The translations under genes were made by a program, and so were the position numbers. A DNA stretch of 64,000 nucleotides from Scenedesmus sp. PABB004 (taxonomy: Eukaryota), in contig CM026547.1 of NCBI GenBank assembly GCA_014905635.1, positions 2,170,001 through 2,234,000 on the forward strand, read 5' to 3'. Shown here one piece after another: positions 11,101 to 25,518 of this stretch. The stretch's first letter is position 1; every line of letters starts with the position of its first letter. The notes beneath the pieces are model-generated. The model did no database searches. It was not told the DNA's origin and was given only the letters and a program-made list of their open reading frames with translations.

Positions 11101-13386
11101 CGCCTCCCAGTCGGCGCCGCTCACGGGCTGCGCCGCGCGCTCGGCGGGGTCGATGCCGCGCGCGGGCGGGGGGCCCGGGGTGCCCCCGCCGCTGCGCGCG
11201 CCGCTCGTGCCGCCGCCGGTGCTGCTGCCGGCGCTGCCGCCGGCGCTGTCGCTGCGCGCGCGGCTCGTGCCGCCGCCGCTGACGCTGCCACTGCGCGCGC
11301 CGCTCTGGCCGCTCTGGCCGCCGCCGCTGGCGCCGCCGCCGCCGCGCGCGTGCTTGGCGTCGTAGCTCGCGCGCTGCTTGGAGCGCCGCACGTCCTCGTC
11401 GGACGTCCCGGCCGCCTCGGCGCGCGCCTTGGACGCGTCGAGCTCCGCGCGGCGCTCCACCGGCTTCTCCCACGCCGCGTCGATGGCGGCGGCGGTCGCG
11501 GCGCGGCGGCGGCGGCGGCTGCTGCTGCTGCTGCTGTCGCTGTTGCTGGTGCCCAGCGGCGCCGCGGCGCCGTTGCCCTTGCCGCGGCGCTCCTTGCGCC
11601 CGAGCTGCTGCGGCTGCAGCGGCTGCAGCGGCTGCAGCGGCTGCAGCGGCTGCCGCGGCTGGCTCGCCGCCGGGCCGCCCTCCTCGTCGCTGCTGTCCGC
11701 GGCGAGCTCCGCGGCGCGCGGCGCCGCCTCCTGCAGCCGCTGCTGCGCCGGCGCGCCGCGCGGCGGCTCGCGCACCTGCTGCAGCTCCGCCGGCGCGCCG
11801 CGCGGCGGCGGCCTGCGTGCCGGCACCACCGCCGCCCAGTGGTTGAGCGGCAGCGGGTTTTGCGCCCCGAGCACGGGCGCAAACTCCGGCGCCGCGGCGG
11901 CCGGCAGCGCGAGCGCCACGAGCCGGTTGCCCTCGCTCGCCTGGAACGCGTCGCCCTGCTCCTGCAGGGCGATGAGGAGCGTGTCAAGGCTGTAGACGTC
12001 GGTCAGGAAGACCAAGTCTGCCAGGCGCATGCACAGCGCCCGCAGCTCAGCCTCGCTGGGGTAGCCCCCGGCCTCCAGGTCTCGCGCCAGCTCCTCCACG
12101 GCGTCCGCGCGGGCCACGCCGAGCACATCGCGCCAGGGCACGCCGCTCGGGTGCAGCTGGTCGCTCAGGCCCAGCTCGCGGATGAGCTCCACCGTCCGCG
12201 ACCGCAGCTCGCCCGCCTGCTCGTCCAACATGTCCAGCACGTCGGGTTCGAAACTGCGCAGGTCGTGGGTCGGCTCCTGCAGCTCCGCCGCCTCCAGCAT
12301 GCGCAGCACGGCAATCGCAATGAGGGAGAACCCGCACAGGCCGTTGGCGCGGCCGTGCACGAGCGCGTACCCCTTGTCCTCCAGCTCGCGCTTCAGCAGC
12401 GCGAGCTGCGCGCCGGTGCACGTGCCCGCCGGCGCCATGAGCTTCGGCGGCGCCCGCGCCGGCGCGCCGCGCGGCGCGGCCGCCGGCGGCTGCCGCTGCT
12501 GCGGCGCCACGGGCGGCGGCGGCGCCGGCGCCGGCGCGCCGCGCGGCGCGGCCGCCGGCGGCTGCCGCTGCTGCGGCGCCACGGGCGGCGGCGCCGCCGG
12601 CGCCGGCACCGGCGCGTCGTCCGGCCGCAGCGCCGGGCTGCCGCCGCCCCAGCCGCTCCCGCTGACGCTGCCGCTGCCGCTGCTGCTGCTGCTGGGCCTG
12701 GGGCTGCCCCTGCCGCCACCGCCGAGCGCGGCTGCGCGGCCAGGGCCCGGCCCGCGCGCGGCGGGCAGCGCGCCGCCGCCGCCGCCGCCGCCGCCGCCGG
12801 GGCGGCGCGCGCGCGCCACGGTGCGCCACTCGGCCGCCGCGTCGCTGGGCTGCCGCCCCTGCTGCGGCGGCGGCTGCGGCGGCTGCGGCGGGCTGCGGCT
12901 GCGGCTGCGCCCGCCGCACGGGGCAGGCGCGGCCGCCGGCGGCTGCCGCTGCAGCGGCGGCGGCACGGGCGGCGGCGGCGCCGGCGCCGGCGCGCCGCGC
13001 GGCGCGGCCGCCGGCGGCTGCCGCTGCTGCGGCGCCACGGGCGGCGGCGGCGCCGGCGCCGGCACCGGCGCGTCGTCCGGCCGCGGCGCCGGGCTGCCGC
13101 CGCGCCAGCCGCTCCCGCTGCCGCTCCCGCTGCCGCTCCCGCTGCTGCTGCTGGGCCCGGGGCTGCCCCTGCCGCCACCGCCGAGCGCGGCTGCGCGGCC
13201 AGGGCCCGGCCCGCGCGCGGCGGGCAGCGCGCCGCCGCCGCCGCCGCCGCCGCCGCCGGGGGGGCGGCGCGCGCGCGCCACGGTGCGCCACGGCGGCGAC
13301 GCGTCGCTGGGTTGCTGCCCCTGCTGCGGCGGCGGCTGCGGCGGGCTGCGGCTGCGGCTGCGCCCGCCGCACGGGGCGGGCACGCC

Positions 13387-13419
<33 letters not shown>

Positions 13420-14000
13420 AGGGTCGCCAAGCGTAAACACCGCCGCCTGCTCATCGGGCGTGAACCCGATGTCCCAAAACCCCGGCGGGGTCTCGGGAGG
13501 CGCGTGCTGGGCGCGGTGCCGCGACGCGGCCTGCAGCGCGGCCGGGGCCAGCGCGTGCGTGCACGGGAGCAGCATCATGGTGCCCGGCGCCGGCGCGCCC
13601 CAGGTGGAGAGGGCGCCGTAGAAGTCGCGGCACTGAGCACAGTCGTGCCCCGGCAGGTCCTGGCGCGCCGGCCCGCGCACCACCTCCTGGTACGCGAAGC
13701 CGCCGGCAGCGGGCGGCTGCCGCGGCGCCGACGCGCCCGCGCGCTGCTGCTGCTGCTGGTGCTGGTGCTGCTGCTGGTGCTGGTGCTGGTGCTGCTGCTG
13801 CGGCGGCGGCGGCTGCAGCCAGTCCTCCTCCTGCCCGCGATACACGCGGCGCCAGCCGGCGCCCGCCGGCGGCGGGCGCGGCTGCGCCGGCGCCGCCGGC
13901 TGCGGCGCGGGCTGCGGCGCGCCCCAGTTCAGCACCGGCAGCGCGAAAAGGCCGGCGGGCGCCACGGGGTGCGCGGGATCGATCCGCCTGAGCTGTCCAT
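6337..14000 (-). CDS. Fanzor1 (TnpB-like RuvC nuclease) with long N-terminal extension carrying CtIP/Sae2-like and OTU-like domains; spliced, with apparent frameshifts
   Basis: C-terminal motifs: [27 protein letters not shown] (RuvC-I D, 7263-7261), VVLGIGD, MDEHRTS (RuvC-II E, 6582-6580), CSVC...CPGC zinc finger and RDDNAARNI (RuvC-III D, 6474-6472). GT-AG introns at 10607-10474 and 10334-10232. The start is uncertain; the ATG at 14000 needs a frameshift. Confidence 0.85.
12445..13375 (-). repeat. Coding tandem duplication (~450 bp period) in the Fanzor N-terminal extension
   Basis: Two copies of [13 protein letters not shown]...[10 protein letters not shown]...[18 protein letters not shown]...PDDAPVPAP, plus shorter [20 protein letters not shown] subrepeats. 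Confidence 0.85.
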
Positions 14001-14334
14001 CGCGGCGCGCGCCGGCTTGGGCTGCCGGTAGCGCGCGCGCCCCAGTCGCCCGATCGACCGGCTGTGCATCGCGGAAGGCTCTCGCCGGGCGCGGGTGACC
14101 GCTGCGTGCCTCCGACCGTGAACGATCTGGTGCCCAAGCGCCGCGCACCGGATTGTGCAGACGGTCGCGGCGTGCCGCCTGAACCGCCGAGCAGCCCCGG
14201 CCCGGCTGGTGCCCACGCTCATGCCCGTCGCCCTGGCCAGACCCGTGGCCGCCGCCCCGCAGCCGAGCGCCCGCCCAGGCGCGCCCCGCACCGCCGCTGC
14301 CCGCGCGCCCCGCTCCGCGCGAACGCGCGCCGCC

Positions 14335-16605
14335 ATGGCCGAGGCCAACGGCTCCGGCGATGCGCCGGTGCGCGGCGGGCCTGACGACGCCGGCGCGCGG
14401 CCGGCGCGGCGGCGGCAACCGCAGCAGCAGCGGCGCCGGCGGCAACCGCCCGCGCCGCCGGCCGCGCGCAGGTCTTCCTGATCTTCGGCCGCTCCGGCTG
14501 GATCGGCGGCCTGGTGGGCGACCTGCTGAAGCAGCAGGGCGCCAAGTGGGAGTACGCCACGGCGCGCCTGGAGGACCGCACGGCGATCATCGCCGACATT
14601 GAGCGCGTGAGCCGCGGCGGCGGCGCGGCGGCGCGGCAGCGAGCGCGGCGCGGCAGCGAGCGCGGCGCGGCAGCGAGCGCGGCGCGGCAGCGAGCGCGGC
14701 GGCGGCGGCCCGCCGCCCCCGCGGCGCCGAGCCGCGCCGCGCGCGCGGCTGCCCCGCACGCAGGTCAAGCCCACGCACGTGCTCAACGCGGCGGGCCTCA
14801 CCGGCCGGCCCAACGTCGACTGGTGCGAGACCCACAAGGTGCGGCGCGTGCTGCCCGGCGCGCGCGGCGCGCGGCGCGCGGCTGCGCCGGCGCGGCAGCA
14901 GCGGCGGCGGCCGCGGCGGCGGCGCGCCCGCCCACACACGGCCTGCGCGCGCCGCGCGCGCGCAGGTCGAGACCATCCGCTCCAACGTCATCGGCTGCCT
15001 GAACCTCGCCGACGTGTGCGCGTCGCGCGGGCTGCACATGACCTACTACGGCACCGGCTGCATCTTCCACTACGACGAGCACTTCCCCCAGGGCAGCGGC
15101 AAGGGCTTCAAGGAGAGCGACAAGCCCAACTTCACCGGCAGCTACTACTCCTACACCAAGGCGCGCGGCCAGGGCCAGGGCCAGGGCTCGGCGCGGCGCG
15201 GCGCGGCGGGCTGGGGGAGGGCACCGCGCGCAGCGCCGCGCGGGGCGGGGCGGAGCGGGGCGGGCGATTGCGACGCCGCGACGCGTCCGCGCCGCGTCGC
15301 CGCCGCGTCCGCGCGGGCGCAGGCGATGGTTGAGAGCCTGCTGAAGGAGTACCCCAACGTACTCACGCTGCGCGTGCGCATGCCGATCGTGGCCGACCTC
15401 ACCTACGAGCGCAACTTCATCACCAAGATCATCAAGTACGAAAAGGTGCGACCCCCTGCCTGCAGGGGGGGGGGGGGGGGGCTAAGGGGGGGCACTCCGG
15501 CACGCGCCGGGGGAGGAGGAGGCTGGGAGCGTGCGGCGCACAGCCGCGCGCGCGGGGCGCGGCCGCGGCGTCGCGCTGCGGCGGTGGGCGAGCAGCCGGC
15601 GGCAGCGGCGCGCGGGCGCGCGCGCGGGCGCGCGCGCGGGCCGAGCGCCGCCGGCGCCGCGGCAGGTGGTGGACATCCCCAACTCGATGACCGTCCTGCC
15701 CGAGCTGCTGCCGCTGTCGATCGAGATGGTGCGCGCGCCGCGCCGCGCCGCCCGCGCGCCCCCGCTCCCGCGCACGCAGCGGCGCGCGCGCCACTTCAGA
15801 CTTTGAGCCCCGCGCCCCGCCGCCCCTGCCCCGCGCCTCCCCCTCCCTTCTGCCCCTGCCCCCAGGCCAAGCGCAAGCTCACGGGCATCATGAACTTCAC
15901 TAACCCCGGCGTCGTCAGCCACAACGAGGCGCGGCGCCGCGGCGCCCCGCGCACGCCCGCGCATGCCCGCCGCCCGCGCACGCCCGCCGCCCGCGCCCGC
16001 GCACGCCCCGCACCGCGCACGCGCCGCGCACCAGCGCACCAGCGCCCGCGCACGCCCGCGCGCCGCGCCCGAGCGCGCCCCCCCCCCCCCCCCCCCCGGC
16101 CCCGGCCGGCCGGCGCGTGCGCAGATCCTTGAGCTGTACAAGCAGTACATCGACCCCGAGTTCACCTGGTCCAACTTCAGCCTTGAGGAGCAGGCCAAGG
16201 TCATCGTCGCGCCGCGCAGCAACAACCTGCTCGACACACAGCGCGTGAGACCCACCGCGGCGCAGCCGCGGCGCACGCGGCGCCGCGGCTGCCCGGCGCG
16301 GCGCGGCGAATTTTGTTGCCTGGCGCGGCGCGCGGCGCGCGGCCCAGCGTGCGCCGCCGGCGCCGCGCCGCAGATCTCTGGCGAGTTCCCGGAGCTGCTG
16401 CCCATCCGCGAGTCGCTCATCAAGTACGTGTTCGAGCCCAACGCCGCAAAGGTGCGCGCGGGGTCGGCTGCGCCGCCGGGGGCGGCGAGGCGCGCGGGGC
16501 GACGCGGGCCGGGCGCGCCACGCCCCGACCCGCCGCGCCGCGCCGCCGCCGCGCCCGCAGAAGGACGAGGTGTGCGCCGCCGTGCGCGCGATGCGCGGCC
16601 GCTGA
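14335..16605 (+). CDS. Nucleotide-rhamnose synthase 3,5-epimerase/4-reductase (NRS/ER, UER1-like), multi-exon
   Basis: FLIFGRSGWIGG, VKPTHVLNAAGLTGRPNVDWCETHK, YYGTGCIF, PNFTGSYYSYTKAMVE (YxxxK), LRVRMPI, VVDIPNSMTVL, NFTNPGVVSHNEIL, VIVAPRSNN. TGA at 16603-16605. Confidence 0.93.
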
Positions 16606-17251
16606 GCGCGCGCGGCTGTGGGCGGGCTCTGCCGTGAACTGGACCGCGGTCTGTCAATTTTGGCGGCGGACGGACGGGGGGAGGGCGGGGCCGCCGGACA
16701 AGCAGCAGGCGCGCGAGCTGGCGCGCGGTGTGGGCGGGCGGGCAGGCAGCACGGCGGGCGGTGCTGCTGCAAAAGCAGAGAGCTTGCGGCGCGGGGGCGG
16801 CGGCGAGGCGCAGGCAGGCCCTCCGGGTTGCACCACCCCTCCCCGCTGTGACCACCACCACGCCGCGAGTCTGCCCACAACTTGTTGTCCCTGGCGCCCG
16901 GGACCAGCTAGGGCCAGCTCCGGCCGCAATGCTGCTCGCGCCCGCCCTCGCTCGGCCCAAGAAAGAAAGTCTCCGGCGGCCGCCGGCCGCACAGGCGGCG
17001 GCGGCGCCGCATCTCGCATCCCACGCCCAGTGGTGGTCAGGATGCAAAGTCAAGCGTCCGAGGCGCCCCCTCGCGGATGGCGGGGCACGCCCGGCGCCAG
17101 CGCCCACACGCTCGAATCAAGCCGTGCCCCTCCCGCGGCGCGCGCGGCAGCGGGCGCCCCTGCCTCCACAAGGACGGAGGGGCTGCCGCCGCCGCGCCGC
17201 GCGCTCCCCGCCCCGCGCCCCTTCCCCCTGTCAGGCCCAGGGACGCGCGCG

Positions 17252-19585
17252 TCAGGGTCGACGCTGCGCCGCCGCCGCCTGCGGCCTGGCCGCGGGCGCC
17301 TGCGGCCTGGCCGCGGGCGCGGCCGCGGGCGTGGCCGCGGCGTACTTGGTCTGCATGGACGGCCGGTACGTCATCGCCGCCCACTGCAGGCGCGCGACCT
17401 GGTTTGGCGTGAAGGCCATGCGGCAGACGTCGTCGAGGTAGGACATCATGTTGAAGATGTTGTCCACCACGCGCGGCCCGCCCGCGTTGGGGCACGACCG
17501 AAACTTGAGCAGCTTGCCCGCCGGCGGCGAGCGCCCGGTGCGAAAGTCCTTGCACCACTGCGTGAGCTCGACGAGCCACGTCGGCTGCCAGCCGCTGTCG
17601 GGGTCGAGGTTTTGGGGCGTGTCGGTCGTCGCGTCGCCGGGCGGCGTGCACCCGTTTTCAAACGTGTGCAGCAGGCCAAAGTAGTGCCCGATCTCGTGCG
17701 CCGCCACGACCGCGCCGCCCTCCCACGCGCCGGGGCGGTTCAGCGCGTCGGGGCTGAAGCGGTCGTAGTTGATGTACACCAGCTGCGGGGGCAGGCGGGG
17801 GGGAGGAGCGGGCGGGCAGGGGGGGGGGGCGAGGCGGCGGCGGCGGTGCGGGCGGGGCGGCGGCGGTGAGGGGCGGGGCCGCGCAGCGCGGCGGCGCGCC
17901 GCGCGCCCCTGCGCCCGCGACCTCGCGCCGCGCGCGCCTGGGTGGGCAGGAACTCGTAGCCGGGCTTCCAGTCCTCGCTGGCGCCGGGGTTGACCGTGGT
18001 CAGCCCGTTGGCGCCAAGCTGGCAGAGCACCGCGAGCGGCGTGCACTTGAACGCGCCCTCGAACGACCCCGCGACCCAGATGTTGATCGGGCCGCCCTGC
18101 ACGTTGTAGCGGCTCGACAGGTCGTCCCAGCAGTCCTTGCCGCAGTTCTGCCACGCCAGCAGGTCGCCGCGGTTGAGGTAGGGATACTTGCTCGGGTCCC
18201 ACCGCACCTGCGCGCGCGGCCGGCGCTCGCAAACGCCGCGCGCGCGACCAGGCGCCGCGCGGGCCCGCGCCCCGGCCGCGGCCCGGCGCGGCTGCGCGCC
18301 GCCCAGCGCCGCGCGCTGCGCCACGGCGCCGCGGCGCCGCGGGGGCCTGCCCGGGGCCGCACCTCTTTGACGTAGAACTGGAATCCTGTGCCGGCGTAAA
18401 ACTTGTTGACCTCGGCCACCATGTGCAGCGCCGCCTTGTCGGCCCACCAGTTGTAGGGCGGCAAATAGGTGCCGTCCTTGTCAGCGTAGCCCAGCACTGC
18501 GCGCGCGGCGGCGGCGGCAGCGGCGGGGCTCGGCGCGCGGCCGCCGCGCGGCGCCGCGCTCGCCCGCCCCAGGGGCCGCGCGCGCGCGCGCCGCGCTGGC
18601 GCCGCGCCGCGCGGCTCACGGTGGAACACGATGGGGACGCGCATGGGCTTGAAGCCCTTGATGCGGCCAAAGGGCTTGGGGCCCTTGACGCCCGACTTGG
18701 GGTTGAACTGCGCGATCGACGCGAGCATCTGGTCCAGCGTCTGCGGCGGGCTCGACGCGGGCAGGGAGGTGCTGCCGCCGTCGGCCGCGGCCTTGGGGAA
18801 GGGCGGCAGGTAGGCCGCCATCTGCTCCTGGCTCAGCCGCGGCGCGGGCGGCATCTGCACGGGCTTGGCAGACGCCTTCATCTCCTGCGCGCGGCGCGGC
18901 GCGGCGGCGGCGCGCGCGTTGGCAGGCGCGGCAGCGGCCGCGCAGGGCCGCCCCACGGGCTGCGCCCTCCTCCTGCCCTCCTCCTGCGCCGCGCCCCTCC
19001 CGCGCCGCGCACCGTGTCGGGGTTGCGGCCGTTGCGGTACTTTTTGGCGACCCACTCGCTCAGCTCGCCGCTGTCGACGGCGCTCTTGAGCTGCTGCTGC
19101 TGCGCGGGCGTGAGGTGCCGGAGGTCGACCGCCTCGCCGCGCTCGCCGAGCATGCTGCCGAGCAGGAGCAGGACCTCGTCCGCGTCGCGGCTGGTGAAGT
19201 AGGGCACGATCTCATCGGGGTGCTCGATCAGGTAGTCGATGTCCAGCTGCACCTTCTTGCGCGCGTCGGGCGTCGCGAGCGGCTCCAGCACCGCGCGCAG
19301 CTGCTTCGGCGGCGTGCTCGCGATGAGGTGCTGCAGGTAGAGCCGGCGGAGGGTGCCTGCGCGCGCGGGCGCGGCCGCGGCGCGGCGCGGCGGGGCGGGG
19401 CGCGCGGCGCGTTGGTCGCCGCTGGCCCGGCGCGCGGCGGCGAGCGCTCGGCGGCGGCGGCGGCGCGGCGGCGCCGGGGCTCCCCGCCCAGCCGGCGCGC
19501 ACCGTCGAGCTTCGGGTTGGCCACCGCCTGGCGCAGGTTGACCGCGCTCGGGGGCGGCGCGAACTTGAGCGCCTGCGTGTGCTGC

Positions 19586-19618
<33 letters not shown>

Positions 19619-19689
19619 GCGTGCGCGCCGGCTGCAAGCGCGACCAGCAGCGACAGCAGCAGGGCGCCGCGTGCCGTTGCCGCGCCCAT
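17252..19689 (-). CDS. Secreted M43 (pappalysin/ulilysin-like) zinc metalloprotease, multi-exon
   Basis: Signal peptide MGAATARGALLLSLLVALAAGAHA; RVPIVFH; zinc motif HEIGHYFGLLHTF; GD..DTP; Met-turn NMMSYLDDVC...FTPNQ. Confidence 0.85.
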
Positions 19690-20193
19690 GCTTTGTACTC
19701 GCGGCGCGCCGGGCGGGGGAGCCGCCGGCCCGCGCTGCGCGGCCGCTTAGGGGCTGCGCCGCCCGGCGCGGATGGCCCGCAGGCCGATCTCTTGCAGTTG
19801 TGGGAGCAGTCCGGAGGCTGCCGATGGTGCTGCTGGTCGGTTCAAGGGTGACCGTGTGTGCTGCGGGAGGGGAGTCCGGAAGCGGACGCTGCGAGGGAGA
19901 TGGCCACTGTGTAGAGCGGTTGCCGCCGCGCCGCCCCTGGTCACCCACCGGCCGCCGCTGCTGCCGACGTTGTGCCGCGCCGTCACGCCGCGATCGGCTG
20001 ACCTCTCTGGATCGCGTCGCCTTTGCCACACCCCGCAGCCCCGCTCGCGCTTGCGCTCCGCGCTGCCGGGAGTCAGGGCGGGGCGCGTGAGCGCCGCGAG
20101 CGCGCGGCGAGCAGCGCGTGTGCGTCCCACTCTCGCCGATCGCCGCCGGCGGCGCTCGCCAGATCGCGCGCGCCCGCCCCCGCTCTCAGCATC

Positions 20194-24375
<4,182 letters not shown>

Positions 24376-24702
24376 GGGCGCACTGGTTGGTGCATTGCGC
24401 TCGCGCCGCCGCCGGGGGCGGCGCGGCCGGAGGGGCACGGGCGGCTGGGGCGCAGGCGGGGCCTGCGCCCTGGGCCCGCGTCGTCGTTGCGACGCGGCGC
24501 GCCCCGGCGGTGGGTTGCCTAGTGAAGCGAGCGACGGACCGACCGACCCGCAGCGGCCTTCGCCCGTGCCGCACGCCGCTCGAGACAGATCCACCGGCAG
24601 CCGCCGCCGCGGCCGCCGGCTGCCGCGCCACCGGCGGCCGCGAGGGGCCAGTCATTGCTTACGCGCGATCATTGCTGACGCCAGGCGCTCGGCCGCGGCG
24701 CC

Positions 24703-25459
24703 ATGCTCGCGGCGGGCCGCCTGGCGCGGGCGGCGAGGCGCGCGCTGCTGCTGCCGCCCGGCCACGGCGCGTGGGGCGGCGCCTGCGCCTGCCGCTCGCT
24801 CGCCAACGATGCGGGAGACGATCGTGGTGCCGACGCGCCCGCGGCGGGCGGTGCGGGCGCGGCGACGGAGCACTTTGACGCGGCAGCAGAGGGCGCGCCC
24901 CTGGCCGTGCACCAGCTCATCGGCGATCCCCGCACCGGCGTCGCGGACGACACCACCACCACGCCCTGGGGCGAGGACGTGAGCGTGGAGTGGGTGTGGT
25001 CGTCGCCGAGCAACGGCGTCGACTGGTTCCGCTACAGCGGCGCCGGCCCGGACCAGCTCCTGCACATGTACATGGACGCCCGGCTCAGCGACCACTCCAA
25101 GAACCTCATGTACCTGCTGCGCTGCAAGGACCCGCAGCGGTGCGGCCGCGCGGCGACGACGCGACGCGCGCGCTGTGCAACTCCGCCGCCGCGCGCCGCG
25201 CCGCCGGCGCCGGCCCCCGCCGCGCCCACACCTCGCCCCGCGCGCGCGCAGGTGGACGATCCCGGCGCTCGCAGACAAGTTCCGGGTGCGGCGGCAGCGC
25301 GTGCTGGCCATCCTGGCGCTCAAGGAGATCCAGGCGCACCGCATCGACGCCGGGACGGACATGGCCGGCCCCCTCGCGCCGTACGCGTTCCGCGTGCCGC
25401 TGCGCGACTTTCACGTCACGCCCGACGGCGAGCCGCTCGACCTCGCGGCGCTCGTGGCG

Positions 25460-25518
<59 letters not shown>

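Noticed and set aside
5600..14334. Autonomous Helitron or DDE transposon around the Fanzor
   Set aside because: No Rep/helicase or transposase motifs seen, the CTAG at ~5920 lacks the expected A/T insertion context, and no TIRs were found by eye.
6337..14445. The 2702-aa ORF as a literal protein
   Set aside because: It starts at a non-ATG codon overlapping NRS/ER and reads through two introns and a frameshifted block; only parts are true coding frame.
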